Program-made: the position numbers and the translations under genes | The notes under the pieces: model-generated | Database searches by the model: none | Told to the model about the DNA's origin: nothing | Seen by the model: only the letters and a program-made list of their open reading frames with translations | In this document: positions 38,360 to 51,400 of the stretch, piece by piece | How positions within the stretch are numbered: the stretch's first letter is position 1 | Layout: every line of letters starts with the position of its first letter | Origin: Ramazzottius varieornatus | Taxonomy: Eukaryota; Animalia; Tardigrada | Assembly: GCA_001949185.1 (NCBI GenBank) | Contig: BDGG01000001.1 | Location: forward strand, 5,633,527 to 5,697,526 | Direction of reading: 5' to 3' | DNA length: 64,000 nucleotides

Positions 38360-39377
38360 GATTGTCGTTTGACTCACGGTGTACTGTGTGTAGAATAATG
38401 GAATTTGAATGTTGTATTTCTTTATAGGTGAGTTTCGGTGAGAACATTTTTGGCAGCTTCGAATAAGCTGTTGGAGGTTGCGCTCTTTTTTTAGGTCTTC
38501 GCTGCAGAGCTTCTGTACATACAGTAGTGTGTAGGTTTAGTAGGGCTTGCTTGTTTGGTTTCTTCTGCACGGGATCCTTCTCTTTGCCGCTTTCACAACG
38601 AAATTGTACAAATTTTAGAGTCGTCACAGCTTATTGATCCAACTAAAGTCACTGCCGTAATTGAAACGGGTTCAGTTCGATGTCTAAACGGACTATGTAG
38701 AGAGAACCGGCACTGAGTGGAAGTTTTCCCTTGGGTTTGGTTGGCACTGAAGAACTGGTTTGTCACTTGGTTTTATTTTCACGTTTCCTATGCATAAGAA
38801 ATGTCGAACGCTGAAACTGACGGTGACGAAGAAGGGTGAGTACAGCTGTACAGGACAAGGAAGTGGTCGGCAGATTACAAAAAATCGCTCAACAGCTTCC
38901 CACCGTTGTTTACCTCTAATGAGTACACGTATACTTCATGCTGTTATCGATATTTATGCGCGCATGAATTCATGCATGCTGGGTGAGTAAATGGAAAGAA
39001 ATGGCGGGTTGGCCGTGGGCCATTCCGAACGAAGTCTTCTGGTGTTTTGTTGTGTAGAGTTGCTCACTGCGATAAAACCTGCTGAACAACAACTGCCTTC
39101 GTCGATCTAATGTATAATTATCCAGATGTGCTCTCAACTTTCAAGTTCGCTTTCTTCGCTTCGAACTTCTGAGAGTCCCCCAATTGATACTCGTTCGAAC
39201 AGGGCTACCATGCTGTCGACTTCCTCACATTGTTTAAAAGTACACGACCACGATGTGATCATCTAGTACATCAGCTGACTACTGTCGAAACTTTCGGAAC
39301 TAAAATTTAACGTGCGAAGCATCGTGTTCGGATTCAGATTGTCATCCATACTGATACTGACGACTAACTGAAGCAAG

Positions 39378-41275
39378 ATGTTGGCGTCACTGAAGCCACC
39401 ACTCATACCTTGCGGTCGTCGCTGCCTCACCGTCATTTCTATATCGTTTGTGCTTTCCTGGATCCGGATTTCTGGCGCCGCGGAGATCTTGGTGGTAATC
39501 TAACGCTATCTCGCCACTATACACCCTTTTGATCATTGTCATGTTTGATGCAGTTGTTCGATGGTCTGTTGTAGCATGCACGTCTTCTTCGTAGAAGTCG
39601 ACGCAGGGCTTGCAAGGAGCAGCACTTAGGGCGCAGGTTGCTCAGTTCGGTGCACCGATACCAGATGGCGGTCTTGTGGGTTATGTGGTACGTTCTCGTC
39701 CTCCCAACGCCTGCGGCCCATTGACCTATGAGGTGCACGAAGACGACATCGACTTCTGGCTCAAGCCGAAAATCCTTTTGGTTCAGCAAGGACCATGCTC
39801 GTTTTCCGACCAGGTATTCACAGTGATCTGCAGTTCGGTTATTGATGGCTAGACTCCCTAAGCGAGCCTCAATAGTCTGAGGGTGCTTCATTGTGAAATT
39901 TACTGAAACACCACCTCAACGAAATATCACTTCAATAATTAGCAGTACGAGGTAAAGGTTGTAAACTTGGCCACCCCATACCGGGTTTGTGAAGTTAGCC
40001 ACGGCTATAGCGTCTATCGCTTGATTGACTATTTGATTGTCAGTCTTGGCTGTTTAACATGAGATTTCAACGTTCTTTTAATTGCGGATCTCTTGGATTC
40101 TCTGACTCCTCGTGTTGACTATGCCTAATACCATTCGACAGCTCATTATCCTATCTATCGATCTATCCTTAAAAGCTCGGGACTATGTGGTAGAGAACAG
40201 GTGAACTTAGATGGCTAACTTTACAAACCAGGTATGGAGCGGCCAACTTTACAACCTTTCCCTCGTAGTGTTACTAGTGCAGGTCTGTCGACTAATCTCG
40301 ATTGACAGGTCGACAGGGCTGGTCAAGCAGGTTTTCGCGCTGTCATCATTTTCGAATTTGGTAATTCTTCGGAAGATCTTCGCCTGATGCGCCGCGATCG
40401 AAGTCAAAACTCGGGACTGAACGACAACAGAACAATACCGGCATTGTTCGTCCGTCAACGCGACGGTCTTCTGCTGTGGTACTCCTACACATGGTCCGAT
40501 GGATACTACATTGTTATTTCGTCCGAACTTCCGCGCCGTGAATTTGTTGCCTGGGACGTGGTCCTGATCCTCATCCCCATCGCTGTTGTGGTCGTTCCAT
40601 TGTCCGCCATTCTGCTCATGACGTTTGTAAGTGGAATTGAAAGGTTAATTCTGTCATCGTGGACATTGGTTACAAGCTCGGTACTCCTCACGTCCCAATT
40701 TGCAGGTTGCCGGAAGACGCCCACTTTTCCTTACGGCCTTCCGCCAAGCCAAAAGACGGACAAACCTGATCAACGGACTTCCGGAGAGAAAGATCTCGAA
40801 GAGCGAGAATCCTGTGAATACCGAACCGACTTCGTCCGTCATTGCTCTCAAGAGCGACGGACCCACCGTATGCTCAATTTGTCTGGAAAACTACAAACCA
40901 GGCGACAAAGTACGGATGCTACCACCCTGTTCCCACGGTACGTACTGTTCTGTCACCACTCACCTCCTCGTCAAAGAATACTTAGATGAAGCCTTCATTG
41001 AGGTGTTTTTTGCAGAGTTTCACAGCGCATGTGTCGACCCCTGGCTTCTTAGCGACCACATGGTCTGTCCACTTTGTCGTCAAGAAGTGGAACTTCCGGG
41101 CGATCCGTCTGCCAGAAAAGCAAACACGAGCACGCGCCAACGAATATTCTCCATACCTTTGGTAACTTTTCTCAGCTCACCGGGTCAGCTCCTTCGCCCC
41201 ACCCACGCACCAGATCTAGAGATAAGGACCAACCCTGCAGTCAGAGCTCAAGCTATGCAAGAACACGCTGTTTGA
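39378..41275 (+). CDS. Divergent tandem paralog, PA-TM-RING E3 ligase
   Basis: Signal exon ending AEILV; AQFGAP, LLVQQGPCSFSDQV, AGFRAVII; TM; CSICLENY...CSH|EFHSACVDPWL...CPLCR; same intron positions as the upstream gene. Confidence 0.85.
39946..40267. mobile_element. ~320-bp TA-flanked MITE in intron (copy at 57520-57840)
   Basis: TACGAGGTAAAGGTTGTAAACTTGGCC / GGCCAACTTTACAACCTTTCCCTCGTA; full-length similarity to the second copy. Confidence 0.85.
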
Positions 41276-41536
41276 AGTATATGCCGTTTCCAGCAGGTGT
41301 AGGATGGAAGGATGGAGCCTTTTTCGATCGACTCGACCAGTGATAAGTGTCAAAGTGATTGCGCCGCCTGTAGCGGTAAAGCAAACCGGCATCACCGCGA
41401 AAATGCTTTTCCTGGTCAAAAATGCTTTTCTTGGCATTAGATGCTGCCACGGATGAATGCACTGAGTTACTTGACCACCGGCAAGGAAGCTTTTTGACTT
41501 TATGCAGTAGAATAGACTGCAACCACGAACTACACA

Positions 41537-41664
41537 TACTGTAAATATTCGCTGCGTCCGCGCAGTACGTACACGTACGTGACGATGCAATCCGTGGAAC
41601 CCGACCGGGCTGTACTTCACTTGTACGATGACGTACTGCGCGGACGCAGCGAACATTTACAGCA
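41537..41664. mobile_element. Palindromic MITE
   Basis: TACTGTAAATATTCGCTGCGTCCGCGCAGTACGT / ACGTACTGCGCGGACGCAGCGAACATTTACAGCA. Confidence 0.8.
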
Positions 41665-42551
41665 AAAGATTTCATATTGAAGATAGCATCCTTTTACTGG
41701 TGGCATGGACGATAAGACTTGAGAAGGCATCGCCCAGAAGTGGTTCAGTGCGATTAGTGCTCGGGCATGGCAGTACTAGCATCTGAAGTATCCAGCTCGT
41801 AAACGTACTGTATAAAATGTGCACAACGATGATCAGTCAAGGATAGAGATCGTGAATGGAGTATCCGAGGATGGGTTTCGTGCGAACAACGTTACGAACA
41901 TTCCGTTGGTTAGCACTTAGCTTATGTGGAGAAAACCGCTCAAGCACAGTTTACCCGTCCACCACAAATTACTTTTCGGCCATGCAGGCTTTCGATCAGT
42001 CCAGAGTCTCCACAAATATTGTAGCCCATGCTCAAACAGTTTTGCATCTTGGAAAAGTTTCAGATTCGCGAAAAGATCTGCCCATTGGTCAAGAGAAAAT
42101 CGCTAGTTCGGGCCGTTTTGGGTTTGTGGGTGGGTGGTGCACTGTACATTATATTCACAACTTTTGGCCAATCGACGATGTGGTGGTTGGTACAATTTCG
42201 CGCCCCTCCGCTTCACCCAGTTGAAAGTGATTTTCCAGCATCGTCTTCTGAAAGCATGAAATCGCGAGGTGCTCAGGGTGTTAGGGTGTTAAGGCGGGTC
42301 ATAAAATTTACGAGTATGCAACCCGCATTGGTGTAGTGCCACATGCATTTACTGTGTCTGTGAATGTGTCAACGATAGCAAGGAACCCGGAAGTGAACAG
42401 ATACGATCACTCCTTCGGCATTGTATCTGGTGCGAATCTAACCATCGATTACCGCAGAAATTAAGCTCACCCGAGGTTGTCTGTGCGGTGTTGAAAATCA
42501 CCAATTTATTCTTTTTGTTTGTTGAGCAGACGCATTCCTTGGTTGTTTATA

Positions 42552-45064
42552 ATGACTCCGCGAAACCTCATGTCAGCCTGCACACTCCTACTGTTCTTCG
42601 TCTGGAGACTTCCATGTGACCAGGTAATTGCCTTTAGCCGGACAGATGGCACCGTATTTCTATCCAACGGACTGCGGCTGAACGGTGAACGAGCCAGTGA
42701 TGCCGGCGGTTTCGCTTACTACGGCATCAAATATGGTCAGGCGAAGCGATTCGAACAGTCGCACCTCAACACTGATTTTGCTTATCTGAATGACACTAAC
42801 CGACCAAAGAAAGGACCCGTATGTCAGCAAACGCTGTATCCTGTTCTCATGCTCGTAAATGGGCGGAATCTCACAATGAGCGAAGACTGCTTGTATTTGG
42901 ATATCTACCTGCCACCGGAAAACTCGACTCACAATGGCAGTTGGCCGATATTGTTTTGGATTCATGGAGGAGCTTTAAGAAGCACGTATCAAATTCCGTC
43001 TGGGCCGTTAAGTGCAATTTTTACACTGAGTATGGCCAGCACGAGGTTGCATTGCAATTGGTTAACTACGAGGGTTGGCTTCTGCAGTTGGCGACAAGGA
43101 CATGTTTGACGGAACTATACTTGCCAAGGCCACTGACGCCATCGTGGTAGTTATGAACTATCGAATTGGAGCTTTCGGTTGGTCATCCAGATTTGATAAT
43201 CTTGCTATACTTGGCCCATTAATGCTGTACTGTAATTTGAAGGGTTAAACATGGAACTATCATTGTTTCAGGCTGGTTCAGTACGGGTAATGACTTCGCT
43301 CCTGGCAATTACGGGCTAGGCGACGTTAAACTGGCCTTGAACTGGACAGTGGATAACATTGCAGCTTTTAATGGGGATGCGGACAAAATCACTATTTTTG
43401 GCGTCAGCTCGGGTGGCACACTGGTTTCGGCCATGATGCTCGATGATTACGTCCGAAGTTAGAGTCACCCTGGCTAGTATACTGTTGGAACTATTCAGAA
43501 ACGTCCTTTTTTGTTCCAGACAAGGTAAGTGCGGCGATACCAATGAGCGGCCGGCTCTTCTGGCCCGCTTCGGTGCAGAAGAACCCGAGAGAAGTGGCTG
43601 CGAGATTTGCCGCTAGACTGGACTGTCCAACGAGTACCTTGGAGGAAATGGTGGAATGTTTGCGTGCTGCTTCCGTAGATGACATACTCCGAGTATATAT
43701 GGGAATGGCCACTCCCCTCGGCTGGGTAAAACTCTGCTGTTGTTTTTTTACGGTGTATGAGTACATGGTACGCTATAGCAGTAATCGGTCTGTGCTTGCA
43801 GTTTGGCACAATGCCCTTGTTCCAGCCGGTGATCGACGGTTTGCATATCAGGGCATCTCCTCGGACTATCTTGAAAGATCGGGCGTCAAACAAGTTAAAT
43901 AACAGAGACTTTGGACGTTATATCGGCGGTATTATGCAAGGGGATGCCGGCCACCATATTCAACGCAAGTGGTTGAATTTTTCATGAGCTGTTTACGCCT
44001 CATTCTGCTGTGGTAATAATCAGTCCTCCGAAACTAATTCCGAGCTAAGCTAATTCTACCATTTCTCTACGAAAATCGGTACCGAGGCTGTGCTTGGCGC
44101 AGCCGTGACAGCAAATTTCGTAGCAAAAAGGAAGAATTAGCTTGGCTCGGAATTAGCTCCGCAGGACTGGTAATGATCCATCATTTAACACGCTCTGTGT
44201 ATCCAGGAAGTAATCCAGAGTGGCTGTGGGACCACACGACGCACACCTATAACACCACCGAGCGCCGACTAACTCAGTTCTTCGCCACTTTGAGGGGAAG
44301 CTGTAACGAGCAGGCTGTTTCCGAATCTCGTGCTCGCGCAGCATTGCACTTCTACAACGTTTCTCAAGAGCTGTCTACTGTGGAATACCGCCAAGTTTTG
44401 ATCGATGTAGGAAACCGACTCGTTATGACGACTAGGTCTTCCCAGTTTCCAAAAATATGGCAGGACTCCGCCGCAGCTTTCGCGTATCCGGCTCTTTGTG
44501 TTTATCCAGATCATCAGCGAAGTAATGTTCCTGTATCCCGAGCTAGTGGAGTATCTGCACTATGCTGAGGAGCGTCCAGAGGACAGTTACCTGTATATCA
44601 ACTCGTTTGATCCGGGTTTCCAGAACGTGGGTAAGAGGTTTACAAAGCTTGCAGTCTTTAGGAAAAAGCTTGGCGATAAAGTGAGATAACTAAGGTCTGA
44701 TACGTTTACCTACAGGAGCGTTTCACGGTGTCGATTACTTGCACCTGTTCCGCGGACCTTTAGACTCCATACTGGGCAACCTTACAAGTGATGCTTTGAC
44801 TGAAGCGCTTCAACATTACATTCGAACTATTGCACACACGGGGTACGTTATTGAGTATTCAGCGGTCGGTGCATGGTCTTTTGCTGAAAATGAAAGCTAA
44901 CCCCGAAACTTTCTCTTTCCAGGCATCCGCCCGGTATCTATACGGACAAAACTGGAAACCCAAACCAGTACGAAGCCATAGACCAGAATGCAACTTGGTC
45001 GGTTAAGAGTACGGACCTGCGAGAGCGGCTTCGGTTCCTCGAAAGTCTGGTGGCACCCTGTTAG
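42552..45064 (+). CDS. Secreted type-B carboxylesterase
   Basis: Signal peptide; SEDCLYLDIY, WIHGG, NYRIGAFGWF, GNYGLGD, nucleophile elbow GVSSGG, and GAFHGVD His motif; multi-exon. Confidence 0.9.
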
Positions 45065-45316
45065 ACTCAACTAGAATGGCCAGACTTAGTGTCAGTTCTG
45101 TCCTGACACCCGTTCTGTGAATATCAGAAATGGGAAGGCTCTAATTTTGACAAAGGTTTCCTAGAGCAACAACATGACTCGTTTTGGTTTATGCGGATTA
45201 AGTATTCAAATTCACACACAAGTAACATCAGGTAGCCAAATCACGAGAGATGAAAACCAAGCTTTATCATTCTTATACAAATTGAGAAAAAAGTGTTGTA
45301 AGCTGAGCAACAAAAG

Positions 45317-45463
45317 TACTGTAATGCTTCTCAAACTTCGCGAAATACGTTATAATACGCGTGAAACATCCCTCCGGGGGTTGGTAGGGTGTAGTCACCG
45401 GACCGGGGCTTAACTCGACGCGTACTATCGCGTGATTCGCGAAGTTCAAGAAGCATTACAGTA
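45317..45463. mobile_element. 147-bp TA-flanked MITE
   Basis: TACTGTAATGCTTC...ACTTCGCGAA / TTCGCGAAGTT...GAAGCATTACAGTA; same family as 16321-16467. Confidence 0.8.
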
Positions 45464-45560
45464 CCCGACATGGCTCAGGAGAAAATCAAAGCAGCAATGC
45501 AGCAACATCTGTTTAACAGATGTTGCTGCATTGCTGTTTAACACCCCGATGGCTGTTTAA

Positions 45561-46076
45561 CACCCCGATTACCACCTTACTCATTGTGAGTACAATACGG
45601 CACTTTTTCGCTCCCCATAATTTCCATTTTGCCCGGTTTGAACCAAACTCTTTTTCATTGCCTGGTCTGCGATCTTATCACCGAAACGCAGCTGATGACC
45701 ACTGTTCAGTACAACTTCCACAGGCTTGAAAAAATCCTTACGACTTCGGGAGTATTTTAGGTTTCCTGTCTTTGCTCGAGATACATAGCTACCATCTGTT
45801 TAGAAGAAAATGAAACACTAAGGAGAGCTTCCTCTACCGATACTAGGCTTGGAACAAACTTGGTGTCATCGGTGCGTCCAGAAAAAAATCAAAAGGGCCA
45901 GGGCTACTTTTCTTACGTTGGCCTTTACGGCTTGCCAATCGCCACAATTCCGAAATTCTGAAAGTTGTCGATTGGTTAATTTGGATTACGCCTTCCAGTT
46001 TCCTCCAGTTAAAGTTCTGTGCTGACTATGAGTACGCTGGTAATCTGCCGACACAAAAAGCTCGATATTCAGGGTG
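45561..46076. mobile_element. piggyBac-like non-autonomous element
   Basis: TTAA on both sides (45557-45560, 46077-46080); CACCC/GGGTG ends; subterminal inverted repeat ATTACCA..TACTCAT abuts the left end but lies ~25 bp inside the right end. Confidence 0.65.
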
Positions 46077-47466
46077 TTAACAGTTGACAAAGTGCGGTCC
46101 TTCATTGGTGACCACAAGTCAACTCCCACTATCGCAGTCATGTTTTGATTTGGTCACTCTCGTAGTCCAAGGATAATTGCAATTACTCATAGTCTGCTCT
46201 TGGCAGGTGCTCTGTCACTTGGACTTCAATTTCCTGCTTGTCGTTCTTCGCAATTAATTGTTAAAAGACTACAACTGCTCTCCAAGTCTTGCTTTCTGTA
46301 AGAGCTGGGTGTCACCTACCGGTTTGAATAAGTGAGCACAGCGTTGGGTCAAATTTTAAACTAGGACAGTTTGACCGCCGTCGAAAATCCCCAACATGAC
46401 ACAGCGTTCTGGCCGCCCTCGCGCCAACGAAGAATGCAATAGGCGACCATAGCCATGAATTTCCAATAACGGTGCGTCATGTGCATGATCTGAGACGATT
46501 ACTTGCTTCCTTTTGCTCCCATTTCGCATGTGGCAGGTTTAGTCCCATGACGGTGAACAGCAAATTTTCAACGTTTTCCCTGGTAGCGTACGATAATGAC
46601 AGCCACCATGGAACTCAGAAACTCTCTGTCTCGAGGATGATGGATACCAGGATACGCATTTTGTGAGTAAACCCACAGAAAGGCTTAACAGGAGAAGGAG
46701 ACTGAAAGCTCATCTTGAAAGTTCTCTCCTTACCTGATTCCAGATCCGTAACATCACTTATTCTGCGTTTCCTGTCAGCCTCGCCATGAACCGTAGTCGA
46801 ACAGTAATGTTTCCAACGGCTCCACTCTTTTCCCAACGGATAGACCGGAACACGTCCTTGGTATAAAGCGGGACATCAGTGTCTAACGAAACTACCGATG
46901 GCAGTGTATCCGCACCTCTGCGGCACATCTTCTTCTTCTCGTTGTCAGTCGTATTCGAGACGATAGACTTCGTCTTCAGCGTATGCCTTCTGGTCGCGCA
47001 GCTTGCACTGTAACCCGACCGCCGACATCATATTAGCGTGCGTTTATGGATCGATAACTTAGCTTTGACCTGTATCCTTTGAACAGTCAGGTGTTCCCAG
47101 CACCAGCAACCACAGCATTCATGCGAGCCGTGGACAACCATTCACCCCACTACGAACGCAGGGGCTCTTCAGGCGTTTGAGCTCGGCCTATTGCAGCATA
47201 TTAATACAAAAGTTGGCGCTGTTGAGAAACCAGGCGGACGGGCGTGCCAAGCAAGAGCTCGTAAAAAAATGATTTTGTTCGGGACAAGAATTGGCTTGAA
47301 CAAGCCAGAAGATGAAAAAGAAGACGCTTCTGGCCACGACCAATCGGATTCGCGCTTTGAACTTCAGGCTGCATGGCTTGCGAACGGGATTATTTTCGTA
47401 CGAAGAGTTGCAGTTGGGTGCGATCAAGATGACGATATTGAGTACACGCAGAACGAGAAATCATGG

Positions 47467-47619
47467 TACAGTAGAAATTATGGGACAGGCGTTTTCGCTA
47501 CGGCGGTACGGAAGAACGTACGTACTCGACCGATTCGCAGTAATACATTTTTCGACTCGTTTCTACGGTCGAATTTCCTTTTCGCCGTCCTTCCCGCCTG
47601 TCCTATAAATTTTACTGTA
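47467..47619. mobile_element. TA-flanked MITE
   Basis: TACAGTAGAAATTATGGGACAGGC / GCCTGTCCTATAAATTTTACTGTA; second copy at 7089-7222. Confidence 0.8.
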
Positions 47620-47742
47620 CCAAAAATGTTCGTCTTGCGTGTACTGCGTGCTCTCAAAACTGGCTGCGTAGTAAATCGTTTCGCAGATACTGTACTTCAT
47701 ATTCCGTCAAAACCAGAGAGAAGTCCGATTGCATGCATTTAA

Positions 47743-48160
47743 TACTGTAGTGCTCGCAGTTTATCGCGCACTCAACCACGTGACTAGTCAGGTTTGCCCG
47801 GCAAGATCAGCTGTTGCCAGAAGGGTGTGAGTTGATTGACTTTATTGGGTCGTCAGTTATTTTGAAAAACGATCCGGTCCAAATTCCAGTTTCTTTCACT
47901 GGATCCGAAGGTAGAAAACATTGTCATGGCTAGGACCCGTATATTTATGCCAATGAGGATGCGGAGAAAGCTTTGAGCAGATACCGGAAACGCTCCAGAT
48001 GGAAATGAGCAATTTGAGTTGACTTTTCAGAATAACACTTGTCTTAACCGATGGCCAATCATTGATTGTTGATTAAGCAGTACAACGTCTAAAATCCCCG
48101 ATCGGGCGTTATTTACTGTTCACGTGGTTGAGTGCGCGATAAACTGCGAGCACTACAGTA
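47743..48160. mobile_element. Young MITE with perfect 41-bp inverted ends
   Basis: 47743-47783 is the exact reverse complement of 48120-48160, including the terminal TA. Confidence 0.88.
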
Positions 48161-48450
48161 CTTGAACCCGGAAAGGCTGAATGCTTATTAAAGCGAAAAC
48201 TGCTCGACGAGGTGCAAAACCGTTTCTGATATCTTGTAAAGTACACTTCTGGGCGTTCTAAACTCTGACTAACTCAGCTTCCCACCTCTACAGTATTTCG
48301 ACTCTTCTCACATTTCCCACCTCTATTTTGCAAATCCTGCTCCATGTTACTCAATCGTGTTCTGTCACGACTCTTCGCACAATTATATTATGTAGCATCT
48401 AATCGGCAAAAATTTACGATAATCGACGTCAACTCGTCTAGTAGCTGGTA

Positions 48451-51400
48451 TTAAATGGCAATGGAGTAACCCATAGAGTAGTCGGACAAGCCGGACCGCC
48501 GTGAAAGAGCTTTTGTCAACTTTTCTTTTTGGTGGATGTGCTCCCCTGTGAGAATCCACCACGTATCATACTCCAACTTCCAGCTGGTCCTGAAAAACAA
48601 ACACTTTCCTGGCCCACTTTATAACGGGACGTGCACTTCGGGACGATGGTTTCGGTTACGAGGGAGAGGTTATTCAGTTAGCCGGCTGTGAGAACGGTTG
48701 TTGAGTTAGTCACCAGTTATTAGGGATCGGCCTTCGAAAGGTCCAGTCGATGCAGGCTATGGCTGACTCGACAACCGCTCCCTCATACCTGTTGAATCGA
48801 ACGATAGTGCCGATAACAAGCAGAACCAGTATCACCGCTACCACCACTCCAGCGATGAGGGCATCAGTTCTGTTGGCTTGAGTGCACACCATCTTCTCTC
48901 CACGAAACCCACAACGAGGCTCGTCGTCGATTGGCTGATTGTTTGGTGAGCCCCAGTTGATGGTCCCATTTGGGGCGAAGCTCAATTCGCCAGTCGAACC
49001 ATCGAACCGTAACACGGTGTGAAAGTTGCCTGAAGAACGGTCAAAGTCCGCCATGCAGTAATTACTCTGTCTTTCACCAAACTGATTGATGAAAACGTCC
49101 TCCAGCTCTAGGTAGAACGTTCTGTTGAGAAAGACAGATGCCAAGTCCGTGCCTCTCATTGACCCCATGGAAGAGGATCTCGACTGGTTAATCACCTGTG
49201 AAAAATCAAGATACTTTTTCCGTATTCGATTAGTTTGTAGCTGACGCATAGTACAGAATGACAGCGCTATACGCAATACAGTGGCTTATCCTGTCGATGT
49301 TTCATGGTGTAGTACCTGTCCGAGCATGTCCAGCGCTGAGTACACAGCGGTCGTAATCTGGGTTGGTCCTTCGTCCGGACTAGGAGATACGTTATATTTA
49401 TCGATCCCTCTTTGCCTTATCTCACTCAAAAGACGCGCACTGCTGGAGGACTGTTTCAACTTGCACGACGATATCCTGAAAAGGAACCTGAAGGCATCTG
49501 CTGCCGCCTGTTGGCATCAAAGCAGTTAGTCTACCGATAAAGCGCCCAACAACCAGCGTTGTTCCTCTTACCTGGTCGTTGCTTATATCCGACGAGTCGG
49601 TACAGCTTAATTTGCCGAACCACCGAGGACTGTCATACGGTTCAAAGTAGAAAAACACCTGCGAAGCAAGCAAGTACAGCGCATGACACTAAAACTTCAA
49701 TTAGGACAGCGGTGGACAATCTCAAAAACTGTCAGATAACCATGTTTTCAAACCTTCTAACGAAAGCATTTAGACCCTACTCAGCTCGGGCTAGAATGAA
49801 AACCACGACAGATCACAGCTTGTTTTGTCGAAATCTTTGCATAAAATGTTTCTTACATATTCCCCGTTTGTCATTCCCAGGCGTGCTGCCTGCAGCTGCA
49901 ATCGTTCATGGCCTCGTTAAAAACCATGAACGGAAGCGCGGTGGTACCACATATCGATTTTCTTACCAAGTATTTTCGGATATGGTTGCCTCTCATCGCT
50001 AATACCACGACTAGAAATCGTAATACGCATCCCGGTTATCCATACCGCCAATTGCAACTGCTGTGAGTACCAAGAACACAAGTGTAATAATTACTTCTGC
50101 TATGTCTCGCTGCTTCCTTCAGGGATGATTTCACCAATTGGTCGGAGGTGTTACTGTTGCGGGAACCAATGTTGATCGAGAAGAAGTTGAAACCTTCTCG
50201 GCGAAATCGTACAGTGGCTACTTCGGCCCAGCTGGCGTGAAACGGGCCGGCACCACTTCCGTCTCTTATGATCGTGAATGTTCTCCAATGGAACTTTTGA
50301 AATAAGGAGACAAAAACCTGCGTGAAGACGCCATATTGTAACGGGGAGGGAGCCACCGTGGTAGCGTATGCCTCGCGATTTCTGAACTTCGCATACGAGT
50401 TGGATCTACAAATTATTGGTTGTAAACCTTTCTTGAAATCTTCAGAAATGAACGCAAGCGCACTATTGTACAATCGCTTAGCTCAGGAGGTGCAAAAGCC
50501 TTACGTAGATAACAAAAGGATATCCCATTCTAGAACAGAGACACCTACTGTTACCTTTCAGAAACAATTATCACTGAGAACCTCCCGAAGCAAGTGCAGC
50601 ACGTGAATGATTACCTTTCGCCAGCAGTCCAATTTCGGGAACTTCTTCGCTTCCTGTGAAAGACAATATATGAAAAAAATCATGCCGGACTGATCGTTTG
50701 GGTCTGGGAAGAAAACTTGTCAGGAATCAATTTTATCATCTGGGGTACTTTTGGTCCAGCTAAAACGGCTGATGCAGTCTTTCGTATTACTCATCAAGGC
50801 TCTTCTAAGTCTAAAGTTCAGGCTGATCGGATGGGTCATGATCGAGTTATGACATTTTTAGTGAAGGGTGAATGGCTGGCATCAGTGTACTTTGGACCTC
50901 GTTGAATATTGGTCGCGTTTTGCTTTGAAATCAAAAAGGCACTGCTGAGATTTTGCTGGCTACCACTGTAGCCAAAACAATGGATGAAGTAGCTTCGGAG
51001 CAGGGAACGTGTAGTTATTATCGAAAACGAATGTCAATTCAGAAGGAAGCACAATGTATGATCAGCTGCGCATTTGGCAAGCCGACTGGGGAAAGATACA
51101 AATTGATGTCGAACGGAGTGGCAGGCAGATAACTGGATCCTGATGGCTTACCACACCCGCTCTGTGGAACTGTTTCCTTCGGACCCCCGGCAGGACAATT
51201 TCTCCCTGGAACAGGGCTAAGAGTGCAGTAGAAAGGGCGACCAGCGGTCAGTCGTTACCAATCGGTGACCAAAATTAACCATAAGTGACCAGATGCCTCT
51301 CATCAAAACCAGCAAACTGATTTTCTTAGGCAGCTTTTTGCAACGCCGCAACCAAAACGATCAGTCTGAAATGATTTGTCTTATATGGCAGTTGATCGCC

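Noticed and set aside
47312-47608. ORF nearly identical in peptide to ORF 7090-7290 (MGQ.FSLRRY..TYVLDRF)
   Set aside because: The similarity is confined to two copies of a non-coding MITE.
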